From the IMG/VR virus record IMGVR_UViG_3300012953_000018: a stretch of 54,567 nt of DNA. The stretch is one strand, 5' to 3'. Below are positions 28,877 through 38,556 of this stretch, piece by piece. The translations under genes were made by a program, and so were the position numbers. Each line of letters begins with the position of its first letter. The first letter of the stretch is position 1. This DNA comes from an uncultured virus (IMG/VR IMGVR_UViG_3300012953_000018) (taxonomy: Duplodnaviria > Heunggongvirae > Uroviricota > Caudoviricetes). The notes beneath the pieces are model-generated. The model was not told the origin of the DNA, ran no database searches, and saw nothing but the letters and a program-made list of their open reading frames with translations.

Positions 28877-30250
28877 ATGTCAGATTTAGATAACCAAGTA
28901 GAAACTGCTGAAGAGTTAGTTGCTGAAAAGGCACCTACCGATATGGCAGAGAAAGGTGACAAATCTGCTCACAAGCAAGGTTCCAGCTCTGAGGAAAGTA
29001 TTGAATCAGGAAAAGCTGAAGTCGTCAAACCCGAAGAAAATCCTGTTGACAAGGCTGTTGCAAGTGTTTCTAAAGCAGAAAAAGGTACTAAACCAGTATC
29101 AGATGCTGTTAATAAGAACGCAGAAAAAGGAGACAGCAAAGCAGACAAAATAAAAGAAGATGAAGATTCCAATGAAGAAGACACAATCGCAGAGAAAGGT
29201 GTCTCTAAAATGGAAAACATCAAGGCTGCAGTCGACAGTATGAAAGGTCTAACAAAAGAAGAAATAACTAAGTTGTTCTCTTCTTTGTCAGAGGACGAAG
29301 TCGATGAAACCTTGACTAAAGCAGAAGTTGCACGAAACATAGTAGAAGCTTTAAAAGCATTATCCCAAGAGGAAGTTCAGAAGTTCGTTGACTCTTTAAA
29401 AGAGTATGGAATGGAAGATGAGGAAGAGGATGATGACGATGATGAGGACGAAAAAGAAGAGTCCGTAAAAGAAGAAGCTGAAGCTGAAGTCGAATCTTCA
29501 TTAGTTGAGATTGAAATAGATGACGACCTATCAAAAATCTCTGAATCATTAGAATTATCAGAAGAGAATGCTGAGAAAGCGAAGACTATTTTCAAAGCTG
29601 CAGTATCAAGTAAAGTTGCAGAAGTTGAGAAAGAGCTTAAAGAGCATTACGAAACAGAATTAAAATCCCAAGTAGAAACTGTCAAGGAAGAATTAACTTC
29701 TTCTGTAGATAAGTATCTAACATATTGTGCTGAAGAGTGGACGAAAGAAAACGAACTCGCAATCGAAAGGGGTTTAAGGTCAGAAATGACAGAAAACTTT
29801 ATCCAAGGTTTGAAAACATTGTTCGTAGAACATTATGTTGAAGTGCCAGAAGATAAGTACGATGTCATGGATGAACTTGCAAATCGTCTTGACGAGATGG
29901 AATCCAAACTCGACGCAGAAGTTTCCAAGAACATGGAAATTAACGAAGAGTTAGGTGGTCTTAAAAGACAAAATGTCGTGAACAAGGCATGTGTAGACTT
30001 GTCTGAATCACAAAAAGAAAAAATGGTTTCACTCGCTAACGGTGTAGACTTCACAGACGAAGCAGATTTCGAAGAGAAAGTTGCAGAAATCAAAGAAGCT
30101 TACTTCGGTGTTGAAGGTGAGTCCATTGCTGAAGAAACAGTGCAAGAAGAAGGAACTGGAGAGTTCGAAGTCGAAGGACAAGAGAAAGTTCTAGACCCTT
30201 CAATTGCAAGGTATTCTGAAGCTTTATCAAAACTAAAACCATTAGGTTAA
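28877..30250 (+). CDS. gp22: Prohead scaffold protein gp22
   Basis: Very acidic and coiled-coil. KAKTIFKAAV, VDKYL.Y..EEW..EN.LAIE.G, GLK.LF.EHY. Confidence 0.9.
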   Translation: MSDLDNQVETAEELVAEKAPTDMAEKGDKSAHKQGSSSEESIESGKAEVVKPEENPVDKAVASVSKAEKGTKPVSDAVNKNAEKGDSKADKIKEDEDSNEEDTIAEKGVSKMENIKAAVDSMKGLTKEEITKLFSSLSEDEVDETLTKAEVARNIVEALKALSQEEVQKFVDSLKEYGMEDEEEDDDDDEDEKEESVKEEAEAEVESSLVEIEIDDDLSKISESLELSEENAEKAKTIFKAAVSSKVAEVEKELKEHYETELKSQVETVKEELTSSVDKYLTYCAEEWTKENELAIERGLRSEMTENFIQGLKTLFVEHYVEVPEDKYDVMDELANRLDEMESKLDAEVSKNMEINEELGGLKRQNVVNKACVDLSESQKEKMVSLANGVDFTDEADFEEKVAEIKEAYFGVEGESIAEETVQEEGTGEFEVEGQEKVLDPSIARYSEALSKLKPLG

Positions 30251-30268
30251 AATAGAGGAAATTGTAAA

Positions 30269-31585
30269 ATGTTTTTATCAGAAAACTTACAAGAGAAATG
30301 GGAGCCTATTCTAGAGCACTCCGATCTTCCTAAGATCGAAGACAACTACAAGAAGGCTGTCACAGCAGTGATACTCGAAAACCAAGAGAAAGCTCTTAAC
30401 GAAGACAGAGCAACTCTTGAGGAAGCTGCACCCTTAAACTCTACTGGCACTGGAATAAGTAACTGGGATCCAATCCTAATTTCACTTGTTTGAAGAGCTA
30501 TGCCAAATCTCGTTGCATACGACATTTGCGGTGTTCAACCAATGACTGGCCCAACAGGTCTTATCTTTGCTATGAAAGCAAGATATCAAGACGATGCAAA
30601 CGCAGACAGATTAGGACAATCTGAAGCGTTGTTTAACGAAGCTCGTTCAAAATTCTCAGCAGGGAATTCTGACGACATCGATAACACTGCAGACGCTGAC
30701 CCTGTAGGTGACCCATTCGACGCATCAGGCCCTGAAACTTATGCAGGCGATACAGTGGCAGGAATGTCAACTGCAGCCTCAGAAGCTTTAGGTGACGGAA
30801 GTGGTTCAGGTAACCATTTCAATGAAATGTCTTTCACAATTGAAAAGGCAACTGTTACTGCGAAGTCAAGAGCACTCAAAGCAGAGTACACTTTAGAATT
30901 AGCACAAGACCTCAAAGCAATCCACGGTCTTGACGCAGAATCAGAACTTGCAAATATTTTGTCAAGTGAGATTCTAGCTGAAATCAACAGAGAAGTTGTC
31001 AGAAATGTCAACATCCAAGCCAAAACAGGTGCATCCGCAACTGCTTCCAGTGGTACATTCAACTTAGATGTTGATGCCAACGGTAGATGGTCTGTTGAGA
31101 AATTCAAAGGTCTATTGTTCCAAATCGAAAGAGAGAGCAATGTAATTGCAAAAGAAACTAGAAGAGGAAAAGGTAACTTTATCCTATGTTCTAGTGATGT
31201 TGCATCTGCACTTTCTATGGCTGGTGTATTGGATTACACACCTGCGTTAAATACTAACATCAATGTTGATGACACTGGCAATACATTTGCTGGAGTTCTT
31301 AACGGAAGAGTTAAAGTCTACATCGACCCATATGCTGGTGTTGATTACATGACTGTTGGTTACAGAGGGTCTAACCCTTATGACGCTGGTATGTTCTATT
31401 GCCCATATGTTCCACTACAAATGGTGAGAGCAGTTGGTGAGAATACATTCCAACCAAAAATCGGATTCAAAACTAGATACGGAATGGTATCTAACCCATT
31501 CGTAGGTGCTACACCTGCTGATGGACTTGCATCTGCTGGAACAAACCAATACTACAGAAAAATGGCAGTGTCCAACATTCTGTAA
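30269..31585 (+). CDS. gp23: Major capsid protein gp23, interrupted by one in-frame TGA at 30491-30493
   Basis: ORFs 30269-30493 and 30500-31585 are in the same frame. WDPILISLV*RAMPNL corresponds to conserved LISLVRRAMP. Also GVQPMTGPTGLIFA, KSRALKAEYT.ELAQDLKAIHGLDAE, FQPKIGFKTRYG. Confidence 0.93.
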
Positions 31586-31604
31586 ACGGAATTTCGTTTC
31601 GATT

Positions 31605-31632
31605 AAAACCCCTCTTTTGAGGGGTTTTTTTT
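31605..31632 (+). terminator. Rho-independent terminator after gp23
   Basis: AAAACCCCTC-TTTT-GAGGGGTTTT followed by a T run. Confidence 0.9.
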
Positions 31633-31648
31633 GTCTAAATATATTGTA

Positions 31649-31710
31649 ATCGTTCATTCACTCTAAATGTAGCAGTGGACGGAAGTAGGCATGGGGCCGA
31701 AGGAACGCAT
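31649..31710 (+). ncRNA. glnA-type (glutamine-I) riboswitch
   Basis: ATCGTTCA..GACGGAAGTAGG..CCGAAGGAACGC. P1 CGTTC/GAACG, P2 TTCACT/AGTGGA, P3 GGC/GCC. Matches the glnA RNA motif consensus as I recall it. Confidence 0.8.
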
Positions 31711-31740
31711 TTTTGTTCAACCTTAAAACGGAGAATGGAA

Positions 31741-31860
31741 ATGACCAAGAAGAAGGCTGACCTCAAGTTAGTATACCGTGGCACTCGTCACAATGGTGAA
31801 TCTACAAAGTCAAAACCACAGACCAAGGGTGTATACCGTGGTCAAAAGTGGTCGGCTTAA
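31741..31860 (+). CDS. Small basic DUF4278-like peptide (two YRG motifs)
   Basis: MTKKKADLKLVYRGTRH..KGVYRGQKWSA, GGAG RBS 7 nt upstream, directly downstream of the riboswitch. Confidence 0.7.
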   Translation: MTKKKADLKLVYRGTRHNGESTKSKPQTKGVYRGQKWSA

Positions 31861-31935
31861 GATAACCTATATACTATAGATGAAGGGGGTATTCTAAATA
31901 CCCCCGACTATAATACACATACACACGGAGGAATT

Positions 31936-32151
31936 ATGTCAACATCAAAATCAGGGTTCGAAATCCGAGCCGACTTACTAAACCAAGCTCAAGGTCTATT
32001 AGAAGGAAACATCTATAGATCAAACGAAAGCATTCAAAATCATAACGATAATTATCCAAACGATAAGAAATCTTATGGTGACCAATTCGTTTCTACGGAA
32101 GATGTTATTGCAACTGCAAGACAATTGAATGAGTTTGTTAACGAGAAATAA
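31936..32151 (+). CDS. Conserved hypothetical phage protein
   Basis: SGFEIRADLL.QAQ..L and DVI..A..LNEFV pattern. GGAGG RBS. Confidence 0.65.
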   Translation: MSTSKSGFEIRADLLNQAQGLLEGNIYRSNESIQNHNDNYPNDKKSYGDQFVSTEDVIATARQLNEFVNEK

Positions 32152-32165
32152 CCATAAATAATACT

Positions 32166-32384
32166 ATGAAAGAATATGACAAAAGTATCACAATGAGTGA
32201 AGGGCCATTTGAGAGAATTGCATTCCCAAACGGTACAGAAACAAAAGATGTATTAAATCGTAAAATTATTACAACTTATATACAAGACGGTTACTTATGT
32301 GAATCAATAGTAACTAGAGAGTATAGAGACGGTGACTATCACGATACTACATCTTCTAAGAGGATAATCAAAGTAAATGGCTGA
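32166..32384 (+). CDS. Hypothetical protein
   Basis: 72-aa ORF preceded by CATAAATA, overlapping gp3. Confidence 0.55.
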   Translation: MKEYDKSITMSEGPFERIAFPNGTETKDVLNRKIITTYIQDGYLCESIVTREYRDGDYHDTTSSKRIIKVNG

Positions 32385-32922
32385 CCCCATCATTAATAAA
32401 TCTCTATTGTCTAAAAATAATTTTAGATTACTAATAGACAAAGTTCCTAATACAGAATTCTTTGTGAAGACTGTAAACATTCCAGGCTTGCAGTTTACTG
32501 AAACAATTCAAGCTGCTGGTATAGGACTGGATGCATTCTTCCCTGGCGACAAGATTTCATTCGACACATTGAGTGTTGGATTCTTAGTCGATGAAGACTT
32601 AGGAAACTTTAAAGAGATATATGATTGGATGGACAACATTGTACCAGTATCCGACCCTTCTGCATTTGCAGCTTATGTCGGTTCAGTAAAAACTGCAGAT
32701 GGTCAACTGTCTGCAGTTGATAATGACCTGAATCAATATTCAGATATTACTCTAGTAACTAACACAAACAAAAACATCCCTAATAAATTCTTTAGATTCC
32801 ATGATGCATTCCCAATATCGTTGAGTGGGATAGAATTAGAATCAGGTGCAGATGTTAATGACCCAGTTGTTGCAACTGTAGAATTTAGGTTTACATATTA
32901 CGAAATCAAAGCCACTTCCTAA
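32377..32922 (+). CDS. gp3: Tail completion/tube terminator gp3
   Basis: NIPG, PGDK..F..L...FLVDEDL.N..EI..W, F.DAFP.SLSG. Located upstream of uvsY. Confidence 0.8.
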   Translation: MADPIINKSLLSKNNFRLLIDKVPNTEFFVKTVNIPGLQFTETIQAAGIGLDAFFPGDKISFDTLSVGFLVDEDLGNFKEIYDWMDNIVPVSDPSAFAAYVGSVKTADGQLSAVDNDLNQYSDITLVTNTNKNIPNKFFRFHDAFPISLSGIELESGADVNDPVVATVEFRFTYYEIKATS

Positions 32923-32952
32923 AATACCATAAATATGGTATAATGGTACATT

Positions 32953-33396
32953 ATGACACTCGATGAATTGAAAGCAGAGTGGAAAAAGGATTGTGAAATA
33001 GATGATATCGAACTAGATAAATCATCATTAGAAGTTCCTAGACTCCACGCAAAATACTCAGAATACTTGACAGATGCAATCGTCAAGCATAAATCCCTAC
33101 AACTTAAATATCAGACACTATTGAAAGATAAGTGGATGTGGTTTAATGGTAAGATGGATGAAGGAAGAATCAGAGAACTTGGATGGGAAGATGATCCATT
33201 TGACGGACTTAAGATTATGAAGAATGATATGACTGTATTCTTTGATGCAGATAAAGATTTACAGAAGCTGAATGCACAAAACGAATATCAAAAAGCAACC
33301 ATCGATTTTCTAAAAAGATGTATGGAGAATATAACATGGAGACACCAAACGATTAAGAACACAATCGATTGGAGAAAGTTCATGGCGGGTTCATAA
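32953..33396 (+). CDS. uvsY: Recombination mediator UvsY
   Basis: W.KD..ID..ELD..S...P.LH.KY, I..R...IKN.I.W.KF..G. Confidence 0.9.
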   Translation: MTLDELKAEWKKDCEIDDIELDKSSLEVPRLHAKYSEYLTDAIVKHKSLQLKYQTLLKDKWMWFNGKMDEGRIRELGWEDDPFDGLKIMKNDMTVFFDADKDLQKLNAQNEYQKATIDFLKRCMENITWRHQTIKNTIDWRKFMAGS

Positions 33397-34079
33397 TGAT
33401 ATATCATAATTATGCATGTATACTTGAGAAGTATCTATCGAAAACAGAGGTAGATTATATACATTCATATGCACATAGTCTTGAAGTACACGGTTCAAGA
33501 ATTGGTCACAATACTGGTTCAGATGTAGATAAGGCAACAAAAGAGAGTGGTACTACAGATAGTGTCATTAGACAGTCTACTAACAAATGGATAGACCACC
33601 AAGACCCTAAATTTGACCAAACAATCAAACAGAAAATATTTGATGGTATGGTTCAAGCCAACATACAAAGTGGTTGGAACTATGACATTCAAGATATGGA
33701 AAACTGGCAGTACACTCATTACGAAGCTCAACCTGATAAACCAACTGGTGACTTTTATACATGGCATACAGATTCAGGTGCAGACCCATATCCTAGTGGA
33801 ATGATTAGAAAGATATCTTGTTCCGTCCAGTTATCAGACCCCGATGATTATGAGGGTGGTCATTTTCAATGGATAGAATCACAAAAACATTTTGACCGTA
33901 TTAAACAGAAAGACGGTACGATAAGAATAGAAGAGTTAGTACACACTGCACCTTTCAGTGGACAAGAATTAGGTTCTCTAATTGTTTTCCCTTCATGGTT
34001 ACATCATCAGGTGACACCCGTTACACAGGGTATCAGAAAATCCTTAGTGGTATGGAATACAGGATGGCCTCTGAGATAA
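33396..34079 (+). CDS. 2OG-Fe(II) oxygenase (PKHD-type)
   Basis: FYTWHTD, RKISCSVQLSDP.DYEGG, LIVFPSWLHHQVTPVTQG.RKSLV.W. ATG overlaps the uvsY TAA. Confidence 0.85.
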   Translation: MIYHNYACILEKYLSKTEVDYIHSYAHSLEVHGSRIGHNTGSDVDKATKESGTTDSVIRQSTNKWIDHQDPKFDQTIKQKIFDGMVQANIQSGWNYDIQDMENWQYTHYEAQPDKPTGDFYTWHTDSGADPYPSGMIRKISCSVQLSDPDDYEGGHFQWIESQKHFDRIKQKDGTIRIEELVHTAPFSGQELGSLIVFPSWLHHQVTPVTQGIRKSLVVWNTGWPLR

Positions 34080-35485
34080 CACTTAAGAAGGTCGATGAGG
34101 TCTTCATGCAAGTACAATGTGATGATGGTCTGGCAAGAGACTTGTTTGACTTCTTCTCATTCACAGTTCCCAACGCAAAGTTCATGCCCTCAGTTAAGAA
34201 TAGATACTGGGATGGTAAGGTTCGTCTATTCTCAATCAAAACAAATAAAATTTATATCGGATTACTTCCTTATGTAGATGAGTTCTGCAGAGAAAGAGGA
34301 TATGATATTGTAGGTATAAACGATATCATTGGTGATAAAGAGAGACAGCCTGATGAAGAGTTTATAAAAGAACTAGGTTTACCTTTTGAACCTAGAGACT
34401 ATCAGTTAGATGCATTTAGAACTGCAGTACAATATGGTAGACAACTATTACTCTCACCAACTGCAAGTGGTAAGTCTCTTATCATTTATTTACTTGCAAG
34501 ATATTATAATAAGAAAACTGTTATCATAGTTCCTACAACATCACTTGTAGAACAGATGGCAAAGGATTTTAAAGACTATGGATATGATAAAGAAATTTGT
34601 AAGATTTATAGTGGTCAGCCTGTATTTGATTCAGACATCACGATTACAACATGGCAGTCATTTAGTAAGGCTCCTAAAGATGTCATGGAAAAATTCGAGG
34701 TTGTCGTTGGAGACGAAGCCCACCTCTTCAAAGCAAATGTCCTCAAAGGAATCCTCGAAAAAATGAGGAAGACTGCAATTAGATTTGGAACTACTGGTAC
34801 ACTAGATGGTTCTGAATGTCATAGATTGCAACTAGAGGGAATGTTCGGCCCAGTCAAAAAGGTCATAAGCACAAAAGAATTGATAGATGACGGAACTATT
34901 GCAGATTTAAAAATAGATTGTGTCATACTTCGTCATACTAAACAGAAGAAAATGACTTACCAAGAAGAGATGGATTACCTTGTTTCTAACGATGCAAGAA
35001 ATATTTTTATAGTAAATCTTGTTAGAAGTTTGAAAGGTAATACACTTGTATTGTTTCAGTATGTAGAGAAACATGGAGTCATACTTCATAGTATGATGTC
35101 ACATACAGACATGGGTGGAAACTTACATTATGTTTATGGTGGAACAGACACAGAAGACAGAGAAGCCGTTAGAGAGATTGTAGAAAATAATAAAGAAGAT
35201 ACTATACTTGCATCCTATGGTACATTCTCTACTGGTGTAAACATTAAAAGAATAGACAATATTGTTTTTGCAAGTCCTTCTAAATCTAGAATACGAAACC
35301 TACAGTCGATTGGTAGGGGTCTTCGTAAGGTAGAAGGTAAAGATAGTATGAGATTATTCGATATTGCTGATGATTTACAATGTGATAATTATACGCTTAG
35401 TCACCTAAAAGATCGTATAAATATTTACAACGAAGAAAGATTTTCATATGAAATTAAGCAGTTCGAATTAAATGACAAGTCCTAA
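34064..35485 (+). CDS. uvsW: DNA helicase UvsW
   Basis: WDGK.RLF, PRDYQ, SPTASGKS, DEAH, GTTGT, STGVNI, LQSIGRGLR. Confidence 0.93.
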   Translation: MASEITLKKVDEVFMQVQCDDGLARDLFDFFSFTVPNAKFMPSVKNRYWDGKVRLFSIKTNKIYIGLLPYVDEFCRERGYDIVGINDIIGDKERQPDEEFIKELGLPFEPRDYQLDAFRTAVQYGRQLLLSPTASGKSLIIYLLARYYNKKTVIIVPTTSLVEQMAKDFKDYGYDKEICKIYSGQPVFDSDITITTWQSFSKAPKDVMEKFEVVVGDEAHLFKANVLKGILEKMRKTAIRFGTTGTLDGSECHRLQLEGMFGPVKKVISTKELIDDGTIADLKIDCVILRHTKQKKMTYQEEMDYLVSNDARNIFIVNLVRSLKGNTLVLFQYVEKHGVILHSMMSHTDMGGNLHYVYGGTDTEDREAVREIVENNKEDTILASYGTFSTGVNIKRIDNIVFASPSKSRIRNLQSIGRGLRKVEGKDSMRLFDIADDLQCDNYTLSHLKDRINIYNEERFSYEIKQFELNDKS

Positions 35486-35999
35486 AGATATAATCCCAAA
35501 TCAGTACGAAGTATTAAAGCTTCGAAGTGGTTCTGAGGTTGTTGGTATGACTAGAGATACACATGATGCAGTAGAGATTACTCTACCCATGATTTGCAAA
35601 CTAGAAGTTATCAACCCCGAAGGTACACATACCCTTGCAACATTTTTCCCGTATGCACCTATGTCTGCAGACACCACCGTCAGAATTCCAACTGATATGA
35701 TTGCACATAGAAATACATTACAAGAACAATTCATTCCCTACTACGACCAAGCATCAGCAAGATGGTTTGAGATGGTGGAGAATAAAGCTATACCATTAAC
35801 AGGTGACAGAAAAGAAATCAGAAAACAATATCTCGACAGAATTGTTAATGGTTTGATGGAAGCAACAGGTGGGCCAATCACTGAACAAGAAGAAAGAATG
35901 CTTCGAAGGATAGAAGAAGAAGAGTGGGATGAGTGGGATGAAACTCTTGCCGACTTCGAAACTGCTGTCGCACCAAAAGATAAGAAAAAAATTCATTAA
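35472..35999 (+). CDS. Conserved hypothetical protein downstream of uvsW
   Basis: N-terminal LKL.SG.EVVG beta motif (Sm-like pattern) and an acidic tail. Confidence 0.55.
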   Translation: MTSPKDIIPNQYEVLKLRSGSEVVGMTRDTHDAVEITLPMICKLEVINPEGTHTLATFFPYAPMSADTTVRIPTDMIAHRNTLQEQFIPYYDQASARWFEMVENKAIPLTGDRKEIRKQYLDRIVNGLMEATGGPITEQEERMLRRIEEEEWDEWDETLADFETAVAPKDKKKIH

Positions 36000-36107
36000 T
36001 TATTACATTCGTGTTACAATGGGTAACGCGTTTGTATATATACTATCGAATAAATGAGATTTATATCTAATTATTCAGGTGTCTTATAATTAACTAGGAA
36101 ACTAACC

Positions 36108-36281
36108 ATGACCACAGCAACTCTAAAATGTGTTGTGAAGAACATGGTGAATGAAGTTGAAAACTTGAGAAGATCAGAGATTGTATCAAAGCTAATCGAT
36201 GGTGTAGAATTTCTAACACTATTAACTCTTCCAATACTCATCCCTTTAGGGATTATATATCTAGGAACCCAAGGTCTCTAG
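36108..36281 (+). CDS. Small membrane protein (57 aa, absent from the ORF track)
   Basis: MTTATLKCVVKNMVNEVENLRRSEIVSKLIDGVEFLTLLTLPILIPLGIIYLGTQGL. AGGA RBS and C-terminal TM helix. Confidence 0.55.
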   Translation: MTTATLKCVVKNMVNEVENLRRSEIVSKLIDGVEFLTLLTLPILIPLGIIYLGTQGL

Positions 36282-36308
36282 AGGTTGACTTGTGGCATAT
36301 GTAAAAAT

Positions 36309-36410
36309 ATGTCAAACGAAAAGATCGAAAAATTCAAAGAGAACGCAGAACTAACTTGTTTAGTTGTAATCTTTATGCTTTCGATTTGGGGGGTCTCTCC
36401 AAATGTCTAA
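36309..36410 (+). CDS. Small membrane protein (33 aa, absent from the ORF track)
   Basis: MSNEKIEKFKENAELTCLVVIFMLSIWGVSPNV. Overlaps the next start. Confidence 0.4.
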   Translation: MSNEKIEKFKENAELTCLVVIFMLSIWGVSPNV

Positions 36411-36672
36411 CTACGACCCAGTATGGAAACGCAACCTTCCATCTGCAGTAGAAGACGCTGCCAATGTAATGAGTGGATACGAACAACAATTAGAACTTCA
36501 TTTTAAACCACGCGATGCAACTCCACAGGAAGCGCAAGAGTGGCAAGAAAAAGAATTAGCATGGTGGGGAGACCGTCAACTTCATATCGTTGCAATCGCA
36601 GTAGTCGTTCAGATGGCTGCATTAGGAATGATGGGTGCAGTAATGTACCTCAATCAAATCGCCTTCTCATGA
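36403..36672 (+). CDS. Small membrane protein
   Basis: 89 aa with a C-terminal hydrophobic helix. Confidence 0.6.
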   Translation: MSNYDPVWKRNLPSAVEDAANVMSGYEQQLELHFKPRDATPQEAQEWQEKELAWWGDRQLHIVAIAVVVQMAALGMMGAVMYLNQIAFS

Positions 36673-36806
36673 AACACTATATAGTATACTCTATGATAAT
36701 AATGTCGTTTACTTATATGGTAATCGGTGAGGTTGACCGTTTGGGACGAGGGGTAGAAATGAAGTTTGCTAGAATTGAAACACTGAATAAATCCCTTATT
36801 AGCTAA
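36669..36806 (+). CDS. Small protein with N-terminal hydrophobic segment (45 aa)
   Basis: ATGA overlap. MKHYIVYSMIIMSFTYMVIGEVDRLGRG... Confidence 0.45.
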   Translation: MKHYIVYSMIIMSFTYMVIGEVDRLGRGVEMKFARIETLNKSLIS

Positions 36807-36934
36807 TTCCCCTGCGGTACATAATTATCATATCATAGATTTCCCATCTGTAAAGGTGGTTTTGCCAAAAAAGTAAATTAAATAAATACTAAAAAGCCCC
36901 TTCCAATACGAGGAAAATCTAGTATAATAGATAC

Positions 36935-37492
36935 ATGACTACTAAAAAAGACCCTAAAAAAGCAGAACACTATGTTAACAACAAAGAGTTCACACTAGCA
37001 GTCTCCGAGTTCAATGCAAAAGTAAAACTCGCAGAATCCAAGGGGAAGAAACCCCCAAGAATGCCAGAATACATTGGTGAATGTATCTATAAAATTGCTA
37101 CTCGACTATCGACTAGACCTAATTTTATCAACTACACATACCGAGATGAAATGATTTGTGATGCAATTGAAAACTGTATCCAATACATCGGTAACTTCAA
37201 TACAGAAAAATCAAATAATGCATTTGCATATGTAACACAGATTTGTTATTACGCCTTCCTACGAAGGATACAGAAGGAGAAGAAACAAGTCTTTATCAAA
37301 CAACAAGCAACTGACGCTACAAACATTACTATGGATGCATTCACAACAATCGATGGGACACATGATCCGTCTCTTACAAACACTAATATAGAGTGGATGC
37401 AAGAACATATGAATCGTGTTGAATACAACCCACGAAAATCCAAAAGACAAAAGAAAGTAAAAGAAACAGCATTAGATAAATTTACTGAATGA
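36935..37492 (+). CDS. gp55: Late-transcription sigma factor gp55
   Basis: HYVNNKEF, YIGEC..KIA..LS.RPNF.NYTYRDEMI.D.IENC, NAFAY.TQI.YYAFLRRIQKEKKQ. Confidence 0.95.
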   Translation: MTTKKDPKKAEHYVNNKEFTLAVSEFNAKVKLAESKGKKPPRMPEYIGECIYKIATRLSTRPNFINYTYRDEMICDAIENCIQYIGNFNTEKSNNAFAYVTQICYYAFLRRIQKEKKQVFIKQQATDATNITMDAFTTIDGTHDPSLTNTNIEWMQEHMNRVEYNPRKSKRQKKVKETALDKFTE

Positions 37493-38556
37493 AAATAGCA
37501 ATACTTAACGACACACACGCAGGTGTCCGTGGTGATATGGTTGCAATGGCCGATTACCAAGGACGATTCTATAATGAGATATTCTTCCCTTATCTAGTGG
37601 AGAATGAGATTACTCACATCTTGCATTTGGGTGATTACTTTGATAGAAGAAAGTATGTAAACTTTTCTACATTAAAAGCTAATCGTGAACACTTTATAAA
37701 ACCAATGTTAGAAGCTGGTATCAGTATGGACTTGGTGATTGGTAATCACGATACTTATTATAAGAATACTAATGAAGTAAATTCTCCCGACCTTTTATTG
37801 TTTGAATCAGATAACATAAATGTAATTACAGAACCCATGGTAAAAGAATATGATGGATTGAATATTGCATTGAGTCCATGGATTAACAGTGACAATTATG
37901 CAGACTCAGTAGAGTTTTTAACAACTGCAAATGCACCTATTTGTATGGGACATTTTGAGTTTGAAGGTGCATTAATGATGCCCGGCATGACATGTCAACA
38001 TGGACTAGACCATTCTTATGTAAGTAGATTTGAAAAAGTATACAGTGGTCACTTTCATCAGAAATCAGAATTTGCAAACATAAAATATCTAGGTTCTCAA
38101 ATGCAGTTTACATGGTCAGACTTTGGAGATAACAAATACTTCCATGTCTTTGATACAGCTACAAGAGAAATGACACCAGTAAATAATCCTCTTACAATCT
38201 TTGAAAAAGTATTTTACGATGATACAAAAGAAACATTTGAGACACTTGTAAATAAAGACTATTCAAATGTAACAGGAAAATTCACAAAGGTTATTGTTGT
38301 CAATAAAGACAATCCATATTGGTTCGATGCATTCTTAGATAAGATTCATTCTGCATCACCAATACATCTACATGTCGTTGATGACCATAAACATATGGAC
38401 TTGATGGACGATGCAGATGTTGAGAATGTCGAAGACACACTTTCCATACTCAATAGTTATGTTGAAAGTATGGACATCCAAGGTAAGAAAAAGCCTCTTA
38501 CAGATTTAATGACTTCGTTGTATAATGAAGCACTGGATGAACATACATTTATATGA
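37489..38556 (+). CDS. gp47: Recombination endonuclease subunit gp47 (Mre11/SbcD-like)
   Basis: DTH.G, LGDYFDRRK, GNHD, GHFE, SGHFH. Confidence 0.93.
   Translation: MKIAILNDTHAGVRGDMVAMADYQGRFYNEIFFPYLVENEITHILHLGDYFDRRKYVNFSTLKANREHFIKPMLEAGISMDLVIGNHDTYYKNTNEVNSPDLLLFESDNINVITEPMVKEYDGLNIALSPWINSDNYADSVEFLTTANAPICMGHFEFEGALMMPGMTCQHGLDHSYVSRFEKVYSGHFHQKSEFANIKYLGSQMQFTWSDFGDNKYFHVFDTATREMTPVNNPLTIFEKVFYDDTKETFETLVNKDYSNVTGKFTKVIVVNKDNPYWFDAFLDKIHSASPIHLHVVDDHKHMDLMDDADVENVEDTLSILNSYVESMDIQGKKKPLTDLMTSLYNEALDEHTFI

Noticed and set aside
30491..30493. Genome-wide TGA reassignment
   Set aside because: TGA terminates several conserved genes at the expected ends (gp55, gp47, gp44), the aligned residue is Arg rather than Trp, and no suppressor tRNA is seen.
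21995..31585. Introns, inteins or homing endonucleases in terminase, portal or capsid genes
   Set aside because: Proteins have normal lengths and continuous motifs, and no LAGLIDADG, HNH, GIY-YIG or intein signatures were recognised.
31675..31740. 61-aa ORF starting at 31675
   Set aside because: Its 5' part is the riboswitch. The RBS-supported start is 31741.
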